Assembly: GCA_045658225.1 (NCBI GenBank)
Contig: JAZOUO010000035.1
Coordinates: 13,639 to 77,638 of the forward strand
Length of the DNA stretch: 64,000 nucleotides
From: Eubacteriales bacterium
Lineage (GTDB): Bacteria; Bacillota; Clostridia; Oscillospirales; CAG-272
Direction of reading: 5' to 3'
Under the pieces are notes generated by a model that was not told where the DNA came from, made no database searches, and saw only the letters and a program-made list of their open reading frames with translations. Numbering within the stretch: the stretch's first letter is position 1; each line of letters opens with the position of its first letter. Below, in pieces: positions 8,278-16,619 of the stretch. Both the position numbers and the translations under genes were made by a program.

Positions 8278-9008
8278 CAGTTTTCACCTCCTGCCGTATA
8301 TCTGCATCCCGCGCTATGACTCAAAAGTTCGGGGAGTATCTCGTCCTTTGTTCCGTAAGCCGCGATCTTACCGCCTGCTATTACAACAACCTTGTCCGCA
8401 ATATCAAGAATTCTCTCCTGATGTGAGATGATAAGGATATTACCCTGTGTTCTCTCGTGCATTTTCTCAAACACCTTGATAAGATTGTTAAAGCTCCAAA
8501 GGTCAATTCCCGCCTCGGGCTCGTCGAATACCGAGAATTTTGTGCCTCTTGCGTTTATCATAGCTATTTCGATTCTCTTAAGCTCACCGCCCGACAAGGA
8601 CGCGTTAACCTCACGGTTGATATACTCCTTGGCGCAAAGCCCCACCTCAGAAAGATATGCGCACGCATCTGACACGGAAATCTTCTTTCCCGCCGCAAGC
8701 GAGATAAGGTCCTTTACGGTAATTCCCTTAAATCTTACAGGCTGCTGAAAAGCATAACTTATACCTGCTCGGGAACGCTCGGTAATGCTCATATTCGTAA
8801 TATCAACTCCATCAAGAATGATCTGTCCGCAGTCGGGAGAGATAATTCCAGCGATAAGCTTTGCAAGAGTTGACTTGCCGCTTCCGTTAGGGCCTGTGAC
8901 CGCAACAAATCTTTCGTTTATGGTTAAGTTTATGTCATCTAAAATACGGGTCTGCTTGCCTGTTGTAGGGTCTGTGACCGTATATGTCAGATTTTTAATT
9001 TCAAGCAT
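8277..9008 (-). CDS. sufC: Fe-S cluster assembly ATPase SufC
   Basis: Walker A 'GPNGSGKST', signature 'LSGGELKR', Walker B 'VFDEPEAGID' and 'ISHQERIL', as in SufC. Confidence 0.88.
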   Translation of the reverse strand: MLEIKNLTYTVTDPTTGKQTRILDDINLTINERFVAVTGPNGSGKSTLAKLIAGIISPDCGQIILDGVDITNMSITERSRAGISYAFQQPVRFKGITVKDLISLAAGKKISVSDACAYLSEVGLCAKEYINREVNASLSGGELKRIEIAMINARGTKFSVFDEPEAGIDLWSFNNLIKVFEKMHERTQGNILIISHQERILDIADKVVVIAGGKIAAYGTKDEILPELLSHSAGCRYTAGGEN

Positions 9009-9079
9009 TTATATATAAACCTTCCTTATATTACGTTCTTTGATTATTTTATCACAAAACTTTGGTTTATTCAATAGAT

Positions 9080-9127
9080 ATTTTGAAATTTTAAGGGCAT
9101 AAGAGTAGAAATTACACTCTTATGCCC
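9080..9127 (-). terminator. rho-independent terminator after the TrxR-like gene
   Basis: GGGCATAAGAGT-9 nt-ACTCTTATGCCC, followed on the minus strand by a T-rich tract. Confidence 0.7.
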
Positions 9128-9134
9128 CATTTTG

Positions 9135-10049
9135 TCATATATTACTGTTGTCAATATATCTGCAAGCGGCAAGGGCGGCAACTGCGCCGTCTCCGCAAGC
9201 TGTTGCAATCTGTCTTATTGCTTTAGTGCGGCAGTCTCCCGCCACGAAAAGTCCCTCGGTCGAGGTCAGACAGTTTTCATCGGATATAATATATCCTCTG
9301 TCCGAAAGCTCAACGAGATTTGCATACTGTTCATTCTCGGGAACCTGACCGATAGCAACGAAAATGCCGTCAACGTCAAGTCTTTCCTTTTCTCCGCTAT
9401 GAACATTTTGTATGATAATTCCCGCAAATTCATCCTCGGCGTAAATGCTGTCAACCACAGCGCCCGTGATAAATTCAACGTTATTTCTTTTCTTTAATGC
9501 AGATACGAGTCTTTCCTCGCCCGTCATAAAGTCAAGATTCTGTACTACGTACACCTTTTGGCATCCGTCGGATAACATCATTGCCTCAACGAGTGCCGAG
9601 TTTCCGCCACCTATGACTGCTACCTGCTTGCCGTTATAAAACGCACCGTCACAAACAGCACAGAAGGATATACCGTTGCCGATAAATTCTTCTTCTCTGT
9701 CAATGCCGAGGTGTCTGTGCTTTGAACCCGTGGCAATTATTACAGATTTGGCAAGATACTGCCCGTCGTCGCAGGAAATATAGAACGTGCCATTCTGCTT
9801 TTCAATTCCCGTGACCTCTGCCATTTCTATTTCAGCGCCCATAGAGAGAGCCTGCTCCACCATTCTCTCGGCAAGCTCATTTCCGCTTACCTGAGAAAAC
9901 GCGGGGTAGTTTTCTATCTTGGGAGAAAAGGTCATTTGTCCGCCAAAGGTAGCCTTCTCAATGACGAGTACGCTTTTTTCTGCTCTGCGAGCGTAGACCG
10001 CCGCAGTAAGTCCTGCGGGGCCTGCGCCTACGATTATTACGTCATACAT
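9135..10049 (-). CDS. thioredoxin-disulfide reductase homolog lacking the NADPH 2'-phosphate motif (FFTR-like)
   Basis: FAD motif 'VGAGPAGLTAA' and redox 'CAVCDG'. The second dinucleotide region reads 'GGGNSALVEAMMLSDGCQKVYVVQNLDFMTGEE', where NADPH-TrxRs have HRRDxFR. Confidence 0.85.
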   Translation of the reverse strand: MYDVIIVGAGPAGLTAAVYARRAEKSVLVIEKATFGGQMTFSPKIENYPAFSQVSGNELAERMVEQALSMGAEIEMAEVTGIEKQNGTFYISCDDGQYLAKSVIIATGSKHRHLGIDREEEFIGNGISFCAVCDGAFYNGKQVAVIGGGNSALVEAMMLSDGCQKVYVVQNLDFMTGEERLVSALKKRNNVEFITGAVVDSIYAEDEFAGIIIQNVHSGEKERLDVDGIFVAIGQVPENEQYANLVELSDRGYIISDENCLTSTEGLFVAGDCRTKAIRQIATACGDGAVAALAACRYIDNSNI

Positions 10050-10075
10050 TCTGATACCTACCTGAATCTAAAGTA

Positions 10076-12481
10076 TCAATTGCTAGAGCAGTCGATAAAC
10101 TTTCTGATATTAGAGAGATTTACAGCCTTCTCTGTCTCAACGCCGTCAACCGTGACAACGAGCGTGGGAGCCTGCTTGATACCAAACTTTGCAACAAGGT
10201 CAGCGTTATCCTCTGCATATACCTTTTCGTAAGCTATTCCTGCTTTGTCAAGGAATACGCCTGCCATCTTACAGTTGGGGCAAGTCTTTGTGGCAAAAAG
10301 GTATATCTTTGTTCCCTCGTCTGTCTCGGGAGCTACGGCCTCGGGAATAGGCATAGCGATAGTTCTTACTCCGCCCGAGCCGATATTTATCTCGGGATGA
10401 AGCTGTGTGGATCTTTCAATATTATACGTGCGTCTCTCCTTGAATTCCTGAGACTTACCGTCGTTCCAAGCCTGAACGGGTCTGTAATAGCCTGTTATAC
10501 GGCTATAAACCTCGGTAGTCTTTCCACAGTGAGGACACGTGTATTCCTCACCTGCGATATAACCGTGGTCGGTACAAACGCTGTACGTGGGCGAGAGAGT
10601 GTAGTAAGGAAGCTTGTAGTTCTCTGCAATCTTGCGAACGAGAGTAGCTGCTGCCTTCCAGTCGGGAAGCTTTTCGCCGAGGAATGCGTGGAATACCGTA
10701 CCCGAGGTGTAGAGGGTCTGGAGCTCGTCCTGAATCTCAAGAGCTGCGAAGATATCCTCTGTAAAGCTTACGGGAAGGTGAGAGGAGTTTGTATAGTAGG
10801 GGCTGTTGCCCTTTTCGGTTGCTGTGATAATGTCGGGATAGTGCTTGAGGTCGTGCTTTGCGAAACGGAAAGATGTTGACTCTGCAGGAGTTGCTTCAAG
10901 GTTATAAAGGTCTCCGTATGCTTCCTGATAGTCAGAAAGTCTGTCTCTCATATGATTGAGAACTGCCTTTGAGAATTCCTGAGTTTCCTTCTGTGTCATA
11001 TCTGCACGGAGCCACTTAGCGTTAAGTCCCACCTCGTTCATACCGACAAGACCGATAGTCGAGAAGTGGTTGTTGAACGTGCCAAGGTATCTCTTTGTGT
11101 AGGGATAAAGTCCTTCGTTGAGAAGCTTTGTAATAACGGTTCTCTTCATCTTGAGCGAGCGTGCGGAGATGTCCATAAGCTTGTCAAGTCTCTTGTAGAA
11201 TTCCTCCTCTGTTTCGGAGAGGTATGCGATTCTGGGCATATTGATTGTGACAACGCCAACAGAGCCTGTGGACTCACCCGAGCCAAAGTATCCGCCGGAC
11301 TTTTTACGAAGCTCACGGAGGTCAAGACGGAGACGGCAACACATAGAACGAACGTCCGAGGGCTCCATATCCGAGTTGATGTAGTTGGAGAAATAAGGTG
11401 TACCGTACTTTGCGGTCATCTCAAAGAGAAGCTTGTTGTTCTCTGTCTCGGACCAGTCAAAATCACGTGTGATAGAATACGTAGGAATAGGATACTGGAA
11501 GCCACGGCCGTTAGCGTCACCCTCGATCATTATCTCGATGAACGCCTTGTTGACCATGTCCATTTCAGCCTTACAGTCCTTATACTTGAAGTCCATTTCC
11601 TTGCCGCCAACGATACAGTTGAGCTCTGCAAGGTCGTTAGGAACTGTCCAGTCAAGAGTGATATTAGTAAAGGGAGACTGCGTACCCCAACGGGAAGGTG
11701 TGTTGACACCGTAAATAAAGGACTGGATGCACTGCTTAACTTCCTTATAGGAAAGATTATCTACTTTTACAAAAGGAGCGAGATATGTATCAAATGAGGA
11801 GAACGCCTGCGCGCCTGCCCACTCGTTCTGCATAATACCGAGGAAGTTTACCATCTGGTTGCAGAGTGTGGAAAGGTGAGCCGCGGGAGAGGACGTGATC
11901 TTACCTGTCACTCCGCCAAGACCTTCTTGAATGAGCTGCTTGAGTGACCAACCTGCGCAATAGCCTGTAAGCATAGAAAGGTCGTGAATGTGAATGTCTG
12001 CGTTTCTGTGCGCGTTTGCAATCTCATCATCGTAAATCTCGGAGAGCCAATAGTTAGCCGTAACTGCGCCCGAGTTTGAAAGGATAAGTCCGCCTACAGA
12101 GTAAGTGACGGTAGAGTTTTCCTTAACTCTCCAGTCAAGCACCTTAAGGTAGCCGTTTACTATCTCCTTATAGTCAACTGCCGTGGATTTGAGATTTCTG
12201 AGCTTCTCTCTCTGACGGCGGTAAAGAATATATGCCTTTGCAACGTCTGCGTAGCCTGCCTGAACGAGCACGGACTCAACGCTGTCCTGAATATCTTCTA
12301 CTGTGATAAGTGAGTCCTTGATCTTGGGTTCAAAGTCCGCAGTGACCTTGAGTGCCAAAAAATCAATAGTGTCCTGATTGAACTGCTTCTCCTGTGCCTC
12401 GAATGCCATTTTGATTGCATCCGAAATTTTCGAGATTGTAAAATCTACAACCTTTCCGTCTCTTTTTTGTACCTGATACAT
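10076..12481 (-). CDS. nrdD: anaerobic (class III) ribonucleoside-triphosphate reductase NrdD with C-terminal glutaredoxin/NrdH-like domain
   Basis: N-terminal ATP-cone ('MYQVQKRDGKVVDF'), 'SMCCRLRLD' thiyl loop, Zn ribbon 'CPHCG', glycyl-radical motif 'SRITGYYRPV'. An extra ~140 residues follow, ending in 'IYLFATKTCPNCKMAG...KQAPTLVV'. Confidence 0.93.
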   Translation of the reverse strand: MYQVQKRDGKVVDFTISKISDAIKMAFEAQEKQFNQDTIDFLALKVTADFEPKIKDSLITVEDIQDSVESVLVQAGYADVAKAYILYRRQREKLRNLKSTAVDYKEIVNGYLKVLDWRVKENSTVTYSVGGLILSNSGAVTANYWLSEIYDDEIANAHRNADIHIHDLSMLTGYCAGWSLKQLIQEGLGGVTGKITSSPAAHLSTLCNQMVNFLGIMQNEWAGAQAFSSFDTYLAPFVKVDNLSYKEVKQCIQSFIYGVNTPSRWGTQSPFTNITLDWTVPNDLAELNCIVGGKEMDFKYKDCKAEMDMVNKAFIEIMIEGDANGRGFQYPIPTYSITRDFDWSETENNKLLFEMTAKYGTPYFSNYINSDMEPSDVRSMCCRLRLDLRELRKKSGGYFGSGESTGSVGVVTINMPRIAYLSETEEEFYKRLDKLMDISARSLKMKRTVITKLLNEGLYPYTKRYLGTFNNHFSTIGLVGMNEVGLNAKWLRADMTQKETQEFSKAVLNHMRDRLSDYQEAYGDLYNLEATPAESTSFRFAKHDLKHYPDIITATEKGNSPYYTNSSHLPVSFTEDIFAALEIQDELQTLYTSGTVFHAFLGEKLPDWKAAATLVRKIAENYKLPYYTLSPTYSVCTDHGYIAGEEYTCPHCGKTTEVYSRITGYYRPVQAWNDGKSQEFKERRTYNIERSTQLHPEINIGSGGVRTIAMPIPEAVAPETDEGTKIYLFATKTCPNCKMAGVFLDKAGIAYEKVYAEDNADLVAKFGIKQAPTLVVTVDGVETEKAVNLSNIRKFIDCSSN

Positions 12482-12606
12482 AGTCTCTCCCTCTTTCTGC
12501 TGATGTTTTTATAGTAATTTTTCTTTACAAAATAAGACATTTTTCGCCAAAATTTGCCTAAAACGTCAGAAATACGGCGCAAAGTACCCCTAAGCGCCGT
12601 ATTTTG

Positions 12607-12658
12607 ATTATACAATATCTTGTGTCAACTGTCAACTACCAAACACAACATATTGTGT
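12607..12658 (-). promoter_or_regulatory. nrdD promoter with tandem NrdR boxes
   Basis: Minus strand: TTGACA (12630-12635), a 17-nt spacer, then TATAAT (12607-12612). Two 16-mers, ACACAATATGTTGTGT (12643-12658) and ACACAAGATATTGTAT (12610-12625), match the NrdR box acaCwAtATaTwGtgt, with starts 33 nt apart. Confidence 0.7.
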
Positions 12659-12689
12659 TTTTCGTTAAAATTTGGCAGTTTCAATAAGT

Positions 12690-13394
12690 TTACATCCCCC
12701 TTAATTGTGCATTTGGAACTAAAGACTTTAATACGTTAAGAAATTCATACATTTTTTCATCTGAATAAGCGTCAAGTCCCCTACCGATTACATCCCCGGA
12801 ATCAATAAATTTCTGGAGAAAATATCTTTCGTCTCCCGCAAGCCACTCCCCAATAAGTTGGAAATCGTCTGTTTCATGAAGCGGGTCAACTACTGTTGTG
12901 CGGAACTCAAAGTCAATCGCATCTGACATAAGAAAGCTTGCGCTTTCCTCTATTTTGGAAATGTCATATTCCTCACACACTCCCGCGGTAAGAGCATATT
13001 TTTCACGACTGTTTTTTATATCCATAGCAACGTAGTCTATAAGTCCCTCGCCTACAAGGTGCTTGAGAATATCGGGACGGGTGCCGTTGGTGTCAAGCTT
13101 GACAGCAAATCCAAGTGCTTTGACTTTTCGGATAAAATCCTCAAGTCCGGGCATCAGCGTGGGCTCTCCCCCGCTGATACAAACACCCTCAATTATTCCT
13201 TGTCTTTTTTTCAAAAAGTCAAGCACATGCTCCACAGAATATCCCTCGCTATCGCCCGTGTGGGTGACAAGAGACGCATTATGACAAAACGGGCAACGGA
13301 AATTGCAACCCTCTGTAAATATTGTGCAGGCGACTTTCCCCGGGAAGTCAAGCAAGGTAAGCTTTTGCAGTCCCGCAATCTTAAATGCTTTCAT
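12690..13394 (-). CDS. nrdG: anaerobic ribonucleotide reductase activating protein (radical SAM)
   Basis: 'CNFRCPFCHN' CX3CX2C cluster and 'ISGGEPT', 234 aa, immediately upstream of nrdD. Confidence 0.9.
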   Translation of the reverse strand: MKAFKIAGLQKLTLLDFPGKVACTIFTEGCNFRCPFCHNASLVTHTGDSEGYSVEHVLDFLKKRQGIIEGVCISGGEPTLMPGLEDFIRKVKALGFAVKLDTNGTRPDILKHLVGEGLIDYVAMDIKNSREKYALTAGVCEEYDISKIEESASFLMSDAIDFEFRTTVVDPLHETDDFQLIGEWLAGDERYFLQKFIDSGDVIGRGLDAYSDEKMYEFLNVLKSLVPNAQLRGM

Positions 13395-13406
13395 AAAATA
13401 TCCTTA

Positions 13407-14000
13407 TTATATGTAGTTTCTTTGTACAGCAACGACTCTGCCGAGTATCAGCACCTCGTCAACAATTATGGGCTGCATCTCGCAATTTTCGGGCTGAAGT
13501 CTGTAATGTCCGTTTTCGCGGAAAAATCTCTTGACGGTAGCCTCGTTTTCAATAAGAGCCACAACTATTTCTCCACTATCCGCATAGCAAGTCTGCTCGG
13601 CGATAATAATATCTCCGTCAAGTATTCCCGCCTCAATCATAGACTCTCCCTTTACGCGCAAAGCGAATAGACTGTCTGTTTTTGAGTTCCCTGCATATCC
13701 CACGTATCCCTCGCGATTTTCCTCGGCAAGTATAGGCTCGCCTGCAGTAATAACTCCAAGAAGCGGCACGGCGGTTATCTTGGGCGTGTTTCCCACAAGC
13801 TTTACAGCGCGGCTCTTGCCATCCTCCTTACTTATATATCCGAGAAGATCCAAGCGATTGAGATACATATGCACAGTCGACGTGCTTTTATATCCGAGGT
13901 CGCGGCATATATCACGAACAGATGGCGCATAGCCGTTCTCGCGTACGGATTTAGCTATATAATCGTATATTTTTTGTTCCTTTGGCTTTAACTTTTCCAT
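13407..14000 (-). CDS. lexA: LexA repressor
   Basis: Winged-helix N-terminus ('QKIYDYIAKSVRENGYAPSVRDI'), cleavage-site region, Ser 'VKGESMIEAGI' and Lys 'ATVKRF' of the S24 dyad. Confidence 0.93.
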   Translation of the reverse strand: MEKLKPKEQKIYDYIAKSVRENGYAPSVRDICRDLGYKSTSTVHMYLNRLDLLGYISKEDGKSRAVKLVGNTPKITAVPLLGVITAGEPILAEENREGYVGYAGNSKTDSLFALRVKGESMIEAGILDGDIIIAEQTCYADSGEIVVALIENEATVKRFFRENGHYRLQPENCEMQPIIVDEVLILGRVVAVQRNYI

Positions 14001-14027
14001 TGATGTACTCCTGTTTAGGTCATTATA

Positions 14028-14039
14028 GAACTATTGTAC
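14028..14039. promoter_or_regulatory. candidate LexA (Cheo-type) box abutting the lexA -10 element
   Basis: GAACTATTGTAC fits GAAC-N4-GTTC with one mismatch. On the minus strand it reads GTACAATAGTTC immediately followed by TATAAT. Confidence 0.5.
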
Positions 14040-14250
14040 CATATTTTTATGATTTTGTCATTATATGTTGAAAATTTATTTGTAAACTTTTTATTTTTGG
14101 AAAAATATTGAAAATATTAACAAAATGAAACTTTTAGAATTATCTCTTGCAAAATAACAAAAGATATAGTAAAATATATAATAGCGAAGAATTGGATTTT
14201 TCGCTTGTAATTCTGCAAAAAAAATTGAAAATATAAAGGAGTAAAAGACT

Positions 14251-16038
14251 ATGACACCTACAAACAACAAGTTTGTTCTTGATTGGATCAATGAGATGGC
14301 TGAAATGACCTGCCCCGACAAGATCGTATGGATCGATGGATCTGACGAACAGGCAGAGGCTCTTCGCGCTGAGGCTTGTTCCACAGGCGAGATCATCAAG
14401 CTCAATCAGGATCTTCTTCCCAACTGCTACCTTCACAGAACTGCCGTAAACGACGTTGCTCGTGTTGAGGGCAGAACCTTTATTTGCACATCCAAGAAAG
14501 AGGATGCAGGCAACATCAACAACTGGATGGCTCCCGAGGAGTGCTATGCAAAGCTCTCCAAACTTTACGCAGGCTCTATGAAGGGCAGAACAATGTACGT
14601 TATTCCCTATTCTATGAGTATCGTTGGCTCTCCCTTTGCAAAGTACGGTATCGAGCTTACAGACTCCATTTACGTCGTTCTTAACATGCTTATTATGACA
14701 CGTGTCGGCAACAACGTTCTTGAGGCTCTTGGCGACAGCAGTGACTTTATCAAGGGTCTCCACGCAAGAGCTGATATTGACGAGGAAAACCGTTATATCT
14801 GTCATTTCCCCGAGGATAACACAATCTGGTCTGTTAACTCCGGCTACGGCGGAAACGTTCTTCTCGGTAAGAAGTGCTTTGCGCTCCGTATCGCTTCCTA
14901 CCTCGGTCGTAAGGAAGGCTGGATGGCTGAGCACATGCTCATTCTCGGTGTTGAATATCCCGACGGTGAGACAAAGTACGTTTGCGCAGCATTCCCCTCC
15001 GCTTGCGGTAAGACCAACCTCGCTATGCTTATTCCCCCCGAGTACTACTCCAAGCAGGGCTATAAGGTTTGGTGCGTAGGTGACGATATTGCATGGCTCC
15101 GCGTCGGTGAGGACGGCAGACTCTGGGCAGTTAACCCCGAAAACGGATTCTTCGGCGTTGCTCCCGGTACAAACGAGAAATCCAACCCCAACGCTCTCCA
15201 CACTTGTCTTAAGGACACTATCTTTACAAACGTAGTTCACAACCTCGATAACAACACAGTTTGGTGGGAAGGTCTTGACAAGAATCCTCCCGCAAACGCT
15301 ATCGACTGGAAGGGCAACGTTTGGGATTACAGAAAATATGATAAGAAGGATAAGTCCACTTGCGGCGCTCATCCCAACTCTCGTTTCACTGCTCTTGCAA
15401 AGAACTGTCCTTGGATCTCTTCTGAATTCAGCAATCCCGCAGGCGTGCCTATCTCCGCTATCGTATTTGGCGGACGTAGAGCAAAGACTGCTCCCCTTGT
15501 ATATCAGTCAACGTCCTGGCAGAACGGCGCATTCGTCGGCTCTATCATGGCTTCCGAGACAACTGCGGCTGCAGCAGGCGCTGTCGGCGTAGTAAGACGT
15601 GACCCCATGGCTATGAGACCTTTCGTTGGCTACGATATGGGTGACTACTGGGCACACTGGCTCAAGATGGGCACACTTATTCCCAATGCTCCCAAGATAT
15701 TCCACGTTAACTGGTTCCGTACCGACGACGAAGGCAACTTCATCTGGCCCGGATTTGGTGACAATATGAGAGTACTCATGTGGATTCTCGCTCGTTGCGA
15801 AGGTAAGGTTGATGCGGACATCACTCCTATCGGATATGTTCCCAAGGCTGAGGATATCTGCATTGAGGGACTTACAGACGTAAGCCTTGACACAATCAAG
15901 GAGCTTCTCACAGTTGATAAGGCTTCCTGGCTTGAGGATATTGAGAACATCAAGGCGTTCTACGCACAGGTAGGCGACCGCGTTCCTCAGACTATGTACG
16001 ACGAGCTCGCAGCTCTTGAAGCAAGACTTAAGGCATAA
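14251..16038 (+). CDS. pck: phosphoenolpyruvate carboxykinase (GTP)
   Basis: 595 aa with 'FPSACGKTNLAML' kinase-1a, 'GDDIAW' and 'NPNSRFT' motifs of GTP-PEPCK. An SD AAGGAG precedes the ATG. Confidence 0.95.
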   Translation: MTPTNNKFVLDWINEMAEMTCPDKIVWIDGSDEQAEALRAEACSTGEIIKLNQDLLPNCYLHRTAVNDVARVEGRTFICTSKKEDAGNINNWMAPEECYAKLSKLYAGSMKGRTMYVIPYSMSIVGSPFAKYGIELTDSIYVVLNMLIMTRVGNNVLEALGDSSDFIKGLHARADIDEENRYICHFPEDNTIWSVNSGYGGNVLLGKKCFALRIASYLGRKEGWMAEHMLILGVEYPDGETKYVCAAFPSACGKTNLAMLIPPEYYSKQGYKVWCVGDDIAWLRVGEDGRLWAVNPENGFFGVAPGTNEKSNPNALHTCLKDTIFTNVVHNLDNNTVWWEGLDKNPPANAIDWKGNVWDYRKYDKKDKSTCGAHPNSRFTALAKNCPWISSEFSNPAGVPISAIVFGGRRAKTAPLVYQSTSWQNGAFVGSIMASETTAAAAGAVGVVRRDPMAMRPFVGYDMGDYWAHWLKMGTLIPNAPKIFHVNWFRTDDEGNFIWPGFGDNMRVLMWILARCEGKVDADITPIGYVPKAEDICIEGLTDVSLDTIKELLTVDKASWLEDIENIKAFYAQVGDRVPQTMYDELAALEARLKA

Positions 16039-16143
16039 TATAGCTTAAATGAATAGAATGCGGTGGAAGGAAAACCTCTTGAAAGAATTATTTCTTCCCC
16101 CGCGCCCCTATCCTTTCAAGAACTTTACCAAATATAAGAAATA

Positions 16144-16175
16144 CCCCACGGCACATAAATGCTGTGGGGTTATTT
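16144..16175. terminator. bidirectional terminator between pck and tadA
   Basis: CCCCACGGCA-cataaa-TGCTGTGGGG with T-rich tracts on both strands. Confidence 0.7.
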
Positions 16176-16619
16176 TTATCTTTTGTTTGAAAAGAAATTT
16201 GAAAGTATTTCTTGGCACTCCTCTGCCATGATTCCCGACACTATTTCGGGCTTATGATTGAATGGATAATTGTTGAGGTTTATCACGCTTCCGCATGCGC
16301 CTGCTTTGGCGTCCTTTGCGCCAAAAACCACGCGCTTTATGCGTGAATTGATTATTGCGCCCATACACATAGGACACGGCTCAAGCGTGACGTAAAGCTC
16401 GCAGTCATCAAGCCTCCATGTGCCAAGCTTTCCACAAGCCTCACGTATAGCTAAGGTTTCTGCGTGACCTGTTGCGTCCCCTGCCTCTTCTCTGTTGTTT
16501 TTACCCGTGGAAATTACTTCTCCGTTCCTCACGATTATAGCACCAACGGGAACTTCATTTTTACTATAAGCCTCGCAAGCTTGTGCATAGGCTTGTTCCA
16601 TATAATCTCTATCTGTCAT
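16176..16619 (-). CDS. tadA: tRNA adenosine(34) deaminase
   Basis: 'GHAETLAIREA' (HAE) and 'LEPCPMCMGA' (PCxxC) zinc motifs, 147 aa. Confidence 0.92.
   Translation of the reverse strand: MTDRDYMEQAYAQACEAYSKNEVPVGAIIVRNGEVISTGKNNREEAGDATGHAETLAIREACGKLGTWRLDDCELYVTLEPCPMCMGAIINSRIKRVVFGAKDAKAGACGSVINLNNYPFNHKPEIVSGIMAEECQEILSNFFSNKR

Noticed and set aside
14140-15372. 410-aa minus-strand ORF (and 14091..14405) overlapping pck
   Set aside because: It is antisense to a GTP-PEPCK gene with unmistakable motifs. The product is low-complexity and Val/Cys-rich, with no SD. This is a typical shadow ORF created by the codon bias of the real gene.
16049-16231. 60-aa plus-strand ORF downstream of pck
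   Set aside because: It crosses the bidirectional terminator hairpin and runs antisense into tadA. It has no SD.
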